DNA of 63,936 bases, filler included, from Octopus bimaculoides (Eukaryota): NCBI RefSeq assembly GCF_001194135.2. It is 6 parts of 6 records of this genome, joined end to end, with 100 filler letters (N's around TTAATTAATTAA, not from the genome) between each part and the next. Parts side by side here need not be neighbours in the genome. Positions count along the whole stretch, not along the records: positions 1 to 29,339 come from NC_069002.1; 5 more parts are not named here. One strand, 5' to 3'. The notes beneath the pieces were generated by a model that was not told the origin of the DNA, searched no databases, and worked only from the letters and a program-made list of their open reading frames with translations. Below, piece by piece: positions 14,412-27,907 of this stretch (positions within the stretch are counted from its first letter, which is position 1; each line of letters begins with the position of its first letter). A program made the position numbers and the translations under genes.

Positions 14412-15689
14412 CGTTCTTAATTGTGTAGATTTCAAGATATGAGGAAAGTGAAGGGACATATTTAAGAAAGTACGTTATATGTTCAAGTGTTTGTTGCAAA
14501 AACAAAAATCTAGAATTGACACAAGGCCAAACTAAACCCAATGGAAACAATTTTCGAATATGAAATGGTAAAGGAAAAATTGAATGTTCAAAGAATTCTA
14601 AAGATGAGTTGCAGATAAATAAAAAGATAATAAAGTCTGGTTGATTAAACTTAAAGTTTGGTTGATTGATCTTAGTTTATGTGCAATATTAATCTGTACT
14701 GATACGCATATGTATACGAATCTAAGTATATACAGAGGTCGGTATGTACATATGCGTTTGTGTTTGTGTATATGTATATATGTTTGTTTGTGTATGGTAT
14801 AAATATACGTTTATATACACATATAGAAGCATATCTTGATATATATATATATCTTCATACATATATATGTGTGTGCGAATATATAATTTTATATTATGTT
14901 TACAGGTCTATATATACATACGTATGTGCGTATGTGCATTTGTATCTTAGCATTCACGCATATGTACATATACATATATGTGTGTGCGTGTATACTTATT
15001 TGGTTGTGTATATGCGTATGTGTGTTAATAAATCTTTGTACTTCGTGCACAAGCCCTGAAAATTCCTGGGGAGCGGATGAGTCGATTACATCGGCCCCGG
15101 CGCTCGTCTGTTACTTACTTTATCGACCCCAAAAGGATAATAGGCAAAGTAGACTCCGGTGAAATTTGAACTCAAAACGTTTATACGAAATACCGCTCAA
15201 CATTTTGCCCGGCATGCTAACGATTCTGCCAGAACGTCGCCTTTACGTACGGCAATAACTATATCTAAAATTATGCTATTTTGTAGAATGCTGCCAATGC
15301 TGCCAACACAGAACAATCTCTCAACTTCCACACCCCAAAACCTATAAAACTTATAAAGTTTCAAATATTGGTAAAAGTTTGAGACAATCACAATTACAGG
15401 TATCACGCAAGCACCATTTCTTTGTTCATGTTAAATGAAATGATACAGTTCTAACAACTACACGAAACTGGCTAGATTCTATTACACACGCAACCACAAA
15501 TACACACACAAGTGCAAGTAGACATACAAATACCGTTCTTCATACAATGTCTGTGTGTGTGAGTGTGGATTTTATCTGTGAGATTATAATTTTAATATGT
15601 TCATAATTGCATTTTGAAACAACTATAAATTCATCAAATAATTTAAGTTTCGGGAAACATATTGAAGGTAGTTATAGAGTTCGGTACTT

Positions 15690-15900
15690 GGGGCAGGCGC
15701 ATGGTTTAATGGCTAGATTTACGATCGTAAGGTCGTGAGTTCGATACCCAGCGGCACGTTTTGTCCTCGAGTGAGATGCTTTTTTCACATTGCTTCCCTC
15801 CACTCTGCTGGGGAAAATCAGTAGTACCAGTAATTCAGAGGACAAGACCCGTCACATTTTTTGTCAGACTGAATTTCCATGAGATCTACGTTAAGGGTAC
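15690..15900 (+). mobile_element. Degenerate tRNA-derived SINE
   Basis: Head ggcgcatggtttaatgg...gagttcgataccc. The 3' part (ctacgttaagggtac) is shared with family 1. Confidence 0.6.
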
Positions 15901-16100
15901 TGATATTGCTTCTGTCGTTAATATATCATCCACCCTTTGACATGTTTCGTTTTTCATCTTGCAAGTAGCTCGTCAAAAACTTCACCAAGCATGGGTGAAT
16001 GGTCAGTATGGTCACCGACTATCTGACAGGTTGTACTGGGTCACATGTTACCAATAGCACGAGGACTTACGTGCAGACAGACTGACAGACAGACAGACGG

Positions 16101-16141
<41 letters not shown>

Positions 16142-16149
16142 AAAGGAAA

Positions 16150-16570
16150 AAGAATGACATCTTTGTTGTCTTCCCTGAAAATAGTCACCATGATTTACTA
16201 TGCCGATCGTTGGCTCTTGGACGTTTAGACCGAAGAGCAGAGGTGTAAGGACATTTCATGGACTGAATATTCGTTTCCCTCTCATAAAAAAATATACCCA
16301 CGTTTTATCCTCTGTCACGAGATCATGCAAAAAAATGTCTTCATTGGCTTTGAATTCTTCAAGTCAGACTTGTACAGCTCTCTTCTTCAAATCGAGTGTC
16401 TACTAATATCGTATCTACTTTGCGCATGTTTTCTGATACACCAAGTATTCCAGTTTATTTATCAGTGATTGTAACCATCGTTCAGTTGTGCAGCAAGTTC
16501 CTAGGTTGTATATCATCTCTCCGCTCGAATCATATCGTCCACCCGCTGGCGATTCGTGTCAGTGAATGCA
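16150..16570 (-). mobile_element. Mariner transposase fragment
   Basis: Broken frames give RVDDMIRAER, FLHDLVTEDKTWVYF (compare VTGDETW) and ETNIQSM...SKIMVTIF. Confidence 0.7.
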
Positions 16571-16902
16571 GTTAATGGACTCCCACTGCTTGGTTTATCT
16601 TAAATACTGTTTTCTCCTTATTTTAAGTTTTTCATTCATCTGTGTATGTTGCTTTTGTCCATCATGTCATCGCCGTTTACAATCTGTAGCTTACTCGCTG
16701 AAATTGCACATGTTAGACTATCTCTACAATAGTATGCCAAATGTCACATTCACCTTTAAATAAATAAATAGTATTTCACACTGTGCTTAACACTTTTCGG
16801 TAAATAACATTTCACACCAATGTAACCAATTTGAAATCACTACTTCAGGTACAAACATACACATAAGCACACGCAATCGCACACATACGCTTCTATGCTT
16901 CG

Positions 16903-16994
<92 letters not shown>

Positions 16995-18369
16995 CTTTAT
17001 GTATGTACAGACAGAGTGTTAGCAAAAATTGGAATTATTATTTTCTCATAACTAATTTTGCTTTTTAAACAGAATTTTATGCACATAAAATATTCGTATC
17101 ACAAAAACCGGATTCTCTTCCGATTCTCGCTTGCTTTCATATTGTTGTTGTTTCCCCCTCAGAGTACAACACCCCGAGATGACTTAATTGCTTTGCCGTC
17201 ATTTAGCTATATTGCCATGGCAACAATACCTGTTTGTTTAAATCATAACAACCCTTTTGTCAGGTGAGATATCATTTACGTGTTGGCAACAAACATTTGG
17301 ATTAAACGAATCACACTCTCGCCACGATGACCTTCACTTAAAGACGGTCACATTTATGTTGTCATAGAAACGTGAACGAGTCTGAGAAGTGAATGTGTTT
17401 TGGAAATGAGGAAGAATATTTGTTTAATCAAAAAAAAGGAAATATTACAAAAGCTGTGAATGGTGGAAGAACTGATGAGAATATGAATTTATTAAATTTG
17501 ACCTCTGTGATGGTTATAATAATTTACAATGTTCAAAAGAATGTGTAATAGAAGGAAGGGGAGCGAAACTTTGATTGAACATGCAATGTAAGATGATGAA
17601 TTTCAATTTTATAGGATTGATTTAAAGATGTTGGAGATCAGCGGTTCTTGGACAATTGATCTTTTACGTCACAAGTCTTTAATTAAAGTTGAATTAAAGT
17701 TGATGCTGAAAGGAAATGACAGCAAGACCTGTGAAATAAAATTTTAAAGTTTAATATTTGTAACAGGAAGAGAAGTTTTGAAATTGAAATTGCGAGAGTA
17801 GAATCCATAATATGACGAAGGAATCTCCAAGCGTTATAATTAACAACAAATTGAACAAGTTCATCAAAGGATGCAAACCAAGTATGTATTGCCTTTTAAT
17901 TTATTATTCTGACAGCATGAAACAATTTTATCTCTCCATCCTAGTAATCTCTTACCTGCAACCAATCAAGTTATAATAATTATAAACATCAAAATGTCAT
18001 TAACGGCGTAAGAGACGTTTAACAAAGGAAGTTGCATATTATAAACATATCAATAACGAATTACTGACTAATGTTATGAAATAATACTGCGTTATATATA
18101 CAGTAATGCCATATCAGTAGTTTATTTTACAGATATCAGTACCGAATTGTTGATAAGAGGTGTAAAATATTAAGGCATTATACGCATGTGGATAGTATAG
18201 TGTTGATCAGGGCGGCGAAAGAATTTTGAGGTTTCTGTAACTAGAGCAAATAGAAGCAAATAGCCCAGTAGTGCAATTTTCTGTATGTTATATATATTTG
18301 TAAGTCCTGGTGTTTTTGTTATGCATTTGTCTGAATTTTTTTACTATTATTATTAATATTATTATTATT

Positions 18370-18536
18370 CGGTAGTTTTAATTTCATAACGTGCTTTCAT
18401 TTCACTACCGAGCGCAGCTCTGTGTGCCTTGGGTATGTGTTGTGGTTTTCTGTGATGCTCTTATGGTTACTGTATTGAAAGTATTTTGCGTAGGATGTGT
18501 GCAGTGCCCAGTAGTGCAAGTTTCTGTATGTTATAT
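18370..18536 (-). mobile_element. 3' end of R4/Dong-like (RLE) non-LTR retrotransposon
   Basis: Minus strand translates IYNIQKLALLGTAHILRKILSIQ* (TAA at 18467-18469), the typical R4/Dong C-terminus. A short 3' UTR runs into (AAT)n. A second fragment ITKTPGLTNIYNIQKIALLG lies at about 18263-18335. Confidence 0.75.
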
Positions 18537-18593
18537 ATATATATATATATATATATATAGATATAAATATTATTATTATTATTNNNNNNNNNN

Positions 18594-18629
<36 letters not shown>

Positions 18630-18635
18630 TATAAA

Positions 18636-18708
<73 letters not shown>

Positions 18709-19087
18709 GAGTATGAGAGCGGTGCATGACATTAAAGTGACACTGGGGCAAAATATACGAGGTCCACTATACTCATCATGATTGCTCGTCTTATAAGGGT
18801 GCACCAGGCACATGCATCACTACCATATGTGCCCGACATGGTGATCTCGCATCAAAATAAACAGCGCATGACCTTGCAGGAGGGAACCAGTTAGAATTTT
18901 TTTCAGGCCGAGTAAGCCCATCCTGCTCAGCAAGTCCCTAAATAAGGGTTGTTTAAGGATGTTGAGTGAAACACTCATGTGTCCAGAGGTGAATAATTCA
19001 GATCCTAAAGAATTCTTCCCAAAACATGGCTACGATGTTCCCTCACTACTTCTGCTCTTGATCAGAGTTGCATATGATGTCAACCAT
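18709..19087. mobile_element. Interspersed repeat (family 2), opposite orientation
   Basis: Reverse complement aligns by eye to about 1380-1758 and abuts a long (ATT)n. Confidence 0.75.
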
Positions 19088-19997
19088 TAATTATTAATAT
19101 TCCTGTTATTGTCTTCGTTGTTGCTTTGGTTTCTCAACGCTACTCCGAGTTTTACTCAGAGAACTCACGTAAGAGTGAGTTGGAACGATTTATTGTGATT
19201 GTTATTTATGATTAGCAATGATATATTGCAGGAAAATAAGATTCTGCTACATATTTTGTTGTAGTGTTTGCGGTCATCATCATAATCATCATCGTATTTA
19301 TCAACATCATCATCATCATCATCCTCATCATCATCATCCTCATTATCATCACTATATAATACATACACACACACCTACATATATACATGCATACATAGAT
19401 ACGTGTCTTCGCGTATGTGTATGTATGTATGAATATAAATGACGCCTAGGCGTGTGTGTCTGCGGCTTTATGCGTGTGTGTAATATGTAAATATAACGTA
19501 CATAAACAAATATTATACACATATATGAATTGGTACACAAACACACACACATATTTCTATATGTATATATATATACACATGTGTGTGTGTGTGTGTCTGT
19601 ATATAGATATATAGAAATACATGCATGTGTAAGTTAATNNNNNNNNNNNNNNNNNNNNNNNNNNNNNNNNNNNNNNNNNNNNNNNNNNNNNNNNNNNNNN
19701 NNNNNNNNNNNNNNNNNNNNNNNNNNNNNNNNNNNNNNNNNNNNNNNNNNNNNNNNNNNNNNNNNNNNNNNNNNNNNNNNNNNNNNNNNNNNNNNNNNNN
19801 NNNNNNNNNNNNNNNNNNNNNNNNNNNNNNNNNNNNNNNNNNNNNNNNNNNNNNNNNNNNNNNNNNNNNNNNNNNNNNNNNNNNNNNNNNNNNNNNNNNN
19901 NNNNNNNNNNNNNNNNNNNNNNNNNNNNNNNNNNNNNNNNNNNNNNNNNNNNNNNNNNNNNNNNNNNNNNNNNNNNNNNNNNNNNNNNNNNNNNNNN

Positions 19998-20056
<59 letters not shown>

Positions 20057-21821
20057 GTATGTATTTACATATACATCTTCTTTGCATTGCAAAGTTGTAA
20101 TTATAGTTTACATTAGGTATTTTCCCTAGTAATTGTGTTTAGAATGGTTCTATTTAGGTAGAAGGAAAAAATCTAGTTATTCTATCTGAAACAAGTTCGA
20201 TCAAAATATATGATTGTAATTTTCACCTGTTCTCTGTTTCCATTTATATCTGAGATAGTATTTCATCTCAAGCTTAACAACCATGCATTTGTTGCTTGCT
20301 CTTCATATAATATATGTATATATACATATATATGTGTGTGTTTGTATGTGTGTGAGAGAGATAGAGAGACTATGCATGTTCGTGTGCATGTGTATGTGTG
20401 AGAGAGAGAGTGAGAGCTTTTGTGTGTATGTGTGTGTGTGTGTGTGTGTGTGTAAATATATACAGAGGTGAGTAAATAGATAGCTAGTTATGGATATATC
20501 TATGCATATGTATGGTATGGTATGGTATGATATTTATGTACAACAGAAATATTTCCATACTTGTTGAAAATCTGGATGTATACATATATATACATATACA
20601 ATTTCATACACACACTCATACACAGACAAGCACACACACGCATATATATATATATANNNNNNNNNNNNNNNNNNNNNNNNNNNNNNNNNNNNNNNNNNNN
20701 NNNNNNNNNNNNNNNNNNNNNNNNNNNNNNNNNNNNNNNNNNNNNNNNNNNNNNNNNNNNNNNNNNNNNNNNNNNNNNNNNNNNNNNNNNNNNNNNNNNN
20801 NNNNNNNNNNNNNNNNNNNNNNNNNNNNNNNNNNNNNNNNNNNNNNNNNNNNNNNNNNNNNNNNNNNNNNNNNNNNNNNNNNNNNNNNNNNNNNNNNNNN
20901 NNNNNNNNNNNNNNNNNNNNNNNNNNNNNNNNNNNNNNNNNNNNNNNNNNNNNNNNNNNNNNNNNNNNNNNNNNNNNNNNNNNNNNNNNNNNNNNNNNNN
21001 NNNNNNNNNNNNNNNNNNNNNNNNNNNNNNNNNNNNNNNNNNNNNNNNNNNNNNNNNNNNNNNNNNNNNNNNNNNNNNNNNNNNNNNNNNNNNNNNNNNN
21101 NNNNNNNNNNNNNNNNNNNNNNNNNNNNNNNNNNNNNNNNNNNNNNNNNNNNNNNNNNNNNNNNNNNNNNNNNNNNNNNNNNNNNNNNNNNNNNNNNNNN
21201 NNNNNNNNNNNNNNNNNNNNNNNNNNNNNNNNNNNNNNNNNNNNNNNNNNNNNNNNNNNNNNNNNNNNNNNNNNNNNNNNNNNNNNNNNNNNNNNNNNNN
21301 NNNNNNNNNNNNNNNNNNNNNNNNNNNNNNNNNNNNNNNNNNNNNNNNNNNNNNNNTATATATATATATATATATTATTTTTGTGCAATGGATTTAACGA
21401 GGTGAGCTTGAAATATAAGTTTTAAAACAAGTATTCATCTATTCATAAATGATGAATGTTCATTAGCAATAGTCACATTTCATGCTTTCGTATGCTTTAC
21501 ACGTAGTGGTGAGTAGAAAAACATATCCTATATTTTGACTTGAGTGATAGAAAACACTACCTCTTCTTCGTATGATAATTGTATAAACGATGGCATGATA
21601 CATTTTGATTTTCTGCAGCGACCTATCAAATGTCAAAGTACTGTTAACTAATTATATTTTGATGTGTTTGCGAATATGTTTTTAGACTTTATCATGCTGT
21701 TTTCCTAATATGAATGATTAAATAGATAAACAAAACCTACATTACAACAAGATATACACGCTTAAACGATTGAATTTGTAATCACAACTGTTATCTAATA
21801 CATACATACATGCATACATAC

Positions 21822-21913
<92 letters not shown>

Positions 21914-23051
21914 ATATACGTATACATATATGTACATACATGCATACATATGTATACATATGTATGGGTACAGGACGTCACAAAATGTAAACAACTTGAA
22001 ATACGAAAATAAAGTTGGGTACGTAAATAACGAGAGAAACAAATGGAAAACAAGACAAGTAACATAAAGAACGTCCCTTCAACAGTTATCGGGGCTGTCC
22101 TTCTACTCCTTATTTCGAGCATTGAACAATATATGACTTTCTCGCGAACCAAAATAGAATTTGTGATTTGTGGCGGGTCAAAGTTGGTAACAAAAACATG
22201 ACAGTGGAGATATACAAGGAAACCGAACGAAAACAAACATGGATGGTCGATTGACCAGACGAGGTAAAGTAGTGAACGCTGGAGAAATATTGTCTTTGAC
22301 AAGAGAAGATATAGAAGAGAAGATAGATAGGAATACGTGCAGTCTGAACGACTGCACTGAAGGAAAAGAAATATGATCACATGAGAAAAAGAAAGATGGA
22401 TGATGGTCATGTGTGAGCAACGAGAGAGAGTAAAGGAGGAAGAGGGAGAGAGACAGAGACACAGACAGACAGATAGAAAACGGTGAAGGGGAGAAAAAAG
22501 AATTAGAGAAAGGATGAGAGAGAAAACGAAATGTGTATTTATATATATAATACATACAAGTACATGTAAATATGTATGTATTTGGTGTATGATGTATTAT
22601 TCGCAGAGAATTATAAATGTGTATCGATATATCGATACATGTTACACAGAATATTATACATATAAGACAATCATAGCTATTGGATTCATCCACCCCATTG
22701 ATCCACCCAACTCAATCACCCTATTAGAATGATTAATGTTGTATGTAATTTCGAAAATTTGTTTTTTCTACTTCAATATTCTTTATTCAATCCTATCATC
22801 GTTTTCTTCCAGTTTCTGTACAAATCTTATTCAATTATACATTTTTCTTTGAACATATAACCAAATATTTGATAAATTTCATGTAGTATATATGTATGGT
22901 TGTGTGCATGTGTGTGTGTGTGTGTGTGTTTGTGTGTGTTTGTGTATGTATGTGCGTGTGTGTGCAACAACATGTGAACAAGCTTATTTTGTTTTTGGAA
23001 GCGTCGAATTTGTATCGTATCATACAAACAAGAAAGTCTGTATTATATATG

Positions 23052-23088
<37 letters not shown>

Positions 23089-23759
23089 NNNNNNNNNNNN
23101 NNNNNNNNNNNNNNNNNNNNNNNNNNNNNNNNNNNNNNNNNNNNNNNNNNNNNNNNNNNNNNNNNNNNNNNNNNNNNNNNNNNNNNNNNNNNNNNNNNNN
23201 NNNNNNNNNNNNNNNNNNNNNNNNNNNNNNNNNNNNNNNNNNNNNNATATATATATATATATAAATTCACTTTTTATGTGTTGCTGCGTTCGTCACTCGA
23301 AATATTTTTTTTAATTCTGTAGATGGTGCTGCCGTCATTGATTCTTATCAGAATAACTAAACACGAAGAATAAACATTCCTTTCTACTCTAAATGTAATT
23401 AGAATGCTAATAATAACTATATATCATGTAGAAATACGGTCCTTCACATTTACTAACAATAAATGGAAGTACTTCTTTTCTACATCGCTACTACAATATT
23501 TTCTGTCCATCTGAAATAATGTGAGCATTGATCGTGCAGGCCTTATGAATTTTCCCATTTATTTTCTCATTTTCCCTTACTTTTCTCATTTTCCCTTACT
23601 TTCAATCTGTGACTGTGAAACTTGTCCTTTTTCGAACCTGTAAATATATACGATATAGGGAGGTAAATTCAAAATATAATAGATGTCTGTTTTAAAGGCG
23701 TTTTGGTAACACAGTGTAAATATTATTGGAAAAAGCTTCCACCATTTTATCTCTTGAAG

Positions 23760-23960
23760 ACAATACTACCATCCGCTATACGTGGGAGGGCCGTAGGGTA
23801 GAATCCACAGGCTCCTATCAGACACGGTCATCATTAAATATTCGTCACGGATTCCCAAGTGTAACTAACTGAGATCATGGATATTATCAAACCATCTTAC
23901 TCGTGGTCTATCCTAGAGCCTTCTGATAGTTGGCTCGGTTTAAAGAATTCGCTCGGCTTC
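23760..23960 (-). mobile_element. Probable RTE-type LINE C-terminal fragment
   Basis: Minus frame DRPRVRWFDNIHDLS*...DRSLW resembles the GRPxxRWxD...DRxxW ORF2 end. Confidence 0.45.
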
Positions 23961-24520
23961 AAGAATTGGTGGAATGAATATTGATAATATAAAATTTGAA
24001 TTAGATCGAATATGTACCTTTAATCTAGTAAAACTGTAGAAACAAGAAAATAAAATTTTATTAAGATGGCGTAAAACATTATCTGTAGCACAACCACGTG
24101 ATTCAGCCAAGCTTTACGTTCTTTATCGCCCACGTTTTCCTCACAAACAATGATCTGTGAATTTTCAGCGGATCCATTAATGTCAGGTGTCTGTGTTATC
24201 CCACAATGGTGATTGGTGATGGACACAATGTCATTATTACTTGTTCAAAACAAATTAGATTGTTCTGATATTCCCGAGGTCTTGTTTAGAGCATCATGTA
24301 TGATAAAAGAGACATTAATTTTGATTTTGAAAGGTCCAGGTTTGTGTGAGAGACGTGTGTTATTACCAGTGACGTTACACTACATTCATTAGAGAATACG
24401 AAACATTAACACAATGCTTGATAAGACTGTTTCTCATCAATAAAGATTATGAAGGATATTTCAACGTTTAAATATTTCAATATTCGCTTTTGACTGATGG
24501 CAGATTATTCGAAGATAGAC

Positions 24521-24553
<33 letters not shown>

Positions 24554-25134
24554 AAAAAAGAGTACAAACATACAGACAGGGCCAGAGAGAGAAAAGGTGG
24601 GAGGGAGAGAAAGCGAGAGAGACAGTGAGAGAGTAATACTCTGAGAGAGAAATAATGTGTCTCAATATTCATCACAAGATTGTATTTACGAATTTAAATT
24701 CATCAATTTATGTCAATTCATATTAATGAGAATATTGAGAATTCTACCATACAAGTTTGACGTGTTATGGTTGTGGTGATGTTGTTGCTGTGATGTTTTA
24801 ATCCCAAGTTAACTCTGATTAACTCAGCCAGTTATAAAAGACAACCAAGCCATCATCATTCCGATATTTTAAATGCATTACGTGTCTTAAACAATATTGT
24901 ACAATGTGCTCTTCCTCTTTTGGTAGAATAAGATGTGACTTGTGGATTTAGTTGATTTTTCTAGCAACTCAAGTGACGTTATAGCGACGCCCTTTACGTT
25001 CACTCAAGCAAGTTTCATTTCTTTTCTTTCTTTTTTTTTTTTGTCTGAGAATTCATGTCACAAATACTATTGGGTGGTCAGATAAATTTATTCTTTTTAT
25101 TTTCATTTATTTTAATCTTTGTTTTTCATCAACA

Positions 25135-25360
25135 GTTTTGACAAATCAAATCAATAATATATTCTCCATTGTTCACATCTTGCCAACGTTCCGCTAGCTT
25201 GTCAATGCCTTTACGACAGAAATAACCGGCCTTTGACTCGAAGAATTCATTGAACCAGTTTCCAGCTCCACGACGTTGTTGAACGAAATGCCTCATAGAC
25301 AGCTGGAAAGTAACCGAAAAAGATGGTAGTTTGAAAGCGCTGCATCAGGAGAATACGGTG
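25135..25360 (-). mobile_element. Mariner transposase C-terminal fragment
   Basis: Broken frames give HLFRLLSS..GISFNNVVEL and, after a frameshift, WFNEFFESK...FCRKGIDKLAERW, typical of a mariner C-terminus. Confidence 0.6.
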
Positions 25361-26199
25361 CGTAGTACATAACTGATTTCTCTAAAATATATCCAATCAT
25401 AGTTGATCTTAGACTCTAAATATTTTATTTGATCTCACCATTATTGTTCTGGCCACCTGGTTAATGTTAGATATCAGAAATGTATATTTCTTTTAAAATC
25501 CAGTATACACAACTGAGAAAGTATTTAAAATAAAAATAGAAATCTATATATCATATTTTATGTATACAGATTGTCGATTTGCCAGCTACTAGAGTATTTA
25601 TCCTGAGATAACATCTCTGAGAGACTTACGCTATGTTTAAAACACAATAAATACCACAGAGAGAGAGAGAGANNNNNNNNNNGGGGGGGGGGGAATTTTG
25701 TATTTTATCTCGCTCTGATATTTATTGTGTTTTTAAAACGTCAACTCTACCACATTTCTACCCACGCGGCTTTATTGTACCGGTGACGTCAACGTGGCTT
25801 GATTCTCGCGCTCCACTGTCGACCTCTGACAGATACCAAACCAGAGACGATGAAGGGACTGCGGAGGAAGGAGTACCCCTATCTTGACCATTACATCACC
25901 AACGATTCCCAACAACTAAGAAGGGACGTGCGGACGAAGTCGTGGTATTTAAAAACCATCATATATTTCATCTCAGAATAGAATCTTATTAAGAAACACT
26001 GCAGAAATTGACATATCGAGAGTGTACATACATTAAGTATGATACATAGATGGCTAATACTTTCTAATGTCTGTATTGTGTAAAACCTATTTAGCTTTGT
26101 TCCTAGTTCTTAGTTTTATGTGTTCTTCCTCAATTCCTTTCACTTCAAAATCTCTACCAATTTATAACAGCAAATCTTCTCCGATACTTGTTCTACCCC

Positions 26200-26279
<80 letters not shown>

Positions 26280-26467
26280 CCTTTCTTTCTCCCACACTCA
26301 CTCACTCTTCCTTTCCCTCTCTCTCTCACTCTTTCCCTCTCTCATTGTCTCAATATGTTTATGTTCGCAAGTACATGTCTGTGCAAATTTGCTCGTGACA
26401 TTGATGTAACTAAATCTAACACATCACCATCATCATTATCATCATCATCACTACCACCACCACCACC

Positions 26468-26501
<34 letters not shown>

Positions 26502-27325
26502 TCATCATTATCATCATCATTATCGTTACCATTGTCCTCGACCTCATAATCATCACTAACAACAACACCATAATTGCAACAACAACAACAGCAACAACAA
26601 CAACAANNNNNNNNNNATTGTCCTCGACCTCATAATCATCACTAACAACAACACCATAATTGCAACAACAACAACAGCAACAACAACAACAACAGCAACA
26701 ACAACAACAGCAACAACAACAACAGCAACAACAGTATCGAGAATATCAACACCAATAACTCATTATTTCTGTTTGGATAGGATATATTGTGGAACCGGAT
26801 TTAAAAACCATTATTTATTCTTTTGTTCCATCTTGAAATACAATAACCAGGAATTTATTTATTTCCTAACAACACTAGAAACAATTCTTTGATGCATTCC
26901 TGCTAACAAGACAGGATATTCTCTTGTCATTTTATGCTTTCAAAATAAATGGCAAATGGAACCAGCTCTTGTCACGTTATTCTCAGTTCGACTGCGAAGT
27001 CAACATGAAGAAACAATATAGGGGTTTTTTTTCTTTCCTTTTCCCATTATTTTAGAAATCTTGAAAGAATATAAAAGATTGTAAATGAAAGAAAAATTGA
27101 GAAAATTGAAAATAAATGGGATAAGTAAAAAAGAAGATATAGAATATATAGGCGCAGGCGTGAGTGTACAGTAAGAAGTTTCCTTCACAACCACATGGTT
27201 CTTGGTTCAGTCCCCACTGCGTGCGTGGCACCCTTGCACGAATATCTACTACAGCTTCGGGCCGCTCCAAAATATTGTGAATCGATCGAAGCGACGGAAA
27301 CAGAAAGAAGACCGTCATAATATAC

Positions 27326-27367
<42 letters not shown>

Positions 27368-27844
27368 ATGTATGTATGTATGTATGTATGTATGTATGTA
27401 TGTATGTATAGCCGGTAAATAAGTAACAAGGATGTCCAGGTATCAATACATTACAAATAATGTTTATCGTCACATCAATATGGCTGTTCGACGTTACTTC
27501 TGTTTTAACCCTAGGCAGATCTTCTTGCAAGCTGGTTACCAGCGCAACTTGCATCCCTGCAGGCATTGCAAGCATGGGGGGGGCGAACCCCTAGCATACT
27601 CCAGCAGACAGCGAGATTACGAGACCTCCTGATGTTTTCGGGGTACGTGTGCCCATCTCCAGTCATGTACACCCGACCAATAAAAATAGCAGACATTCGC
27701 TTCAGCTCGCAATATATAGAAAAATAAGCGACTATCAGTCATTGATCTTGCCACAAGCTAGATATATAGATAACACTACCGATTAGTATAGTTACTACTT
27801 TCATCTCTTACTGAGATCTTCTAACTAGCTACTTTGCTTGTTAT

Positions 27845-27907
<63 letters not shown>

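Noticed and set aside
11375-25791. Three TGACGTCA (CRE) sites near 11380, 12720 and 25784
   Set aside because: Only modestly above chance for this base composition and widely scattered. Only the one in a CpG-rich island is mentioned above.
26531-26700. 76-bp direct repeat across a 10-N gap (similar cases near 1150 and 18590)
   Set aside because: Typical unmerged contig overlap.
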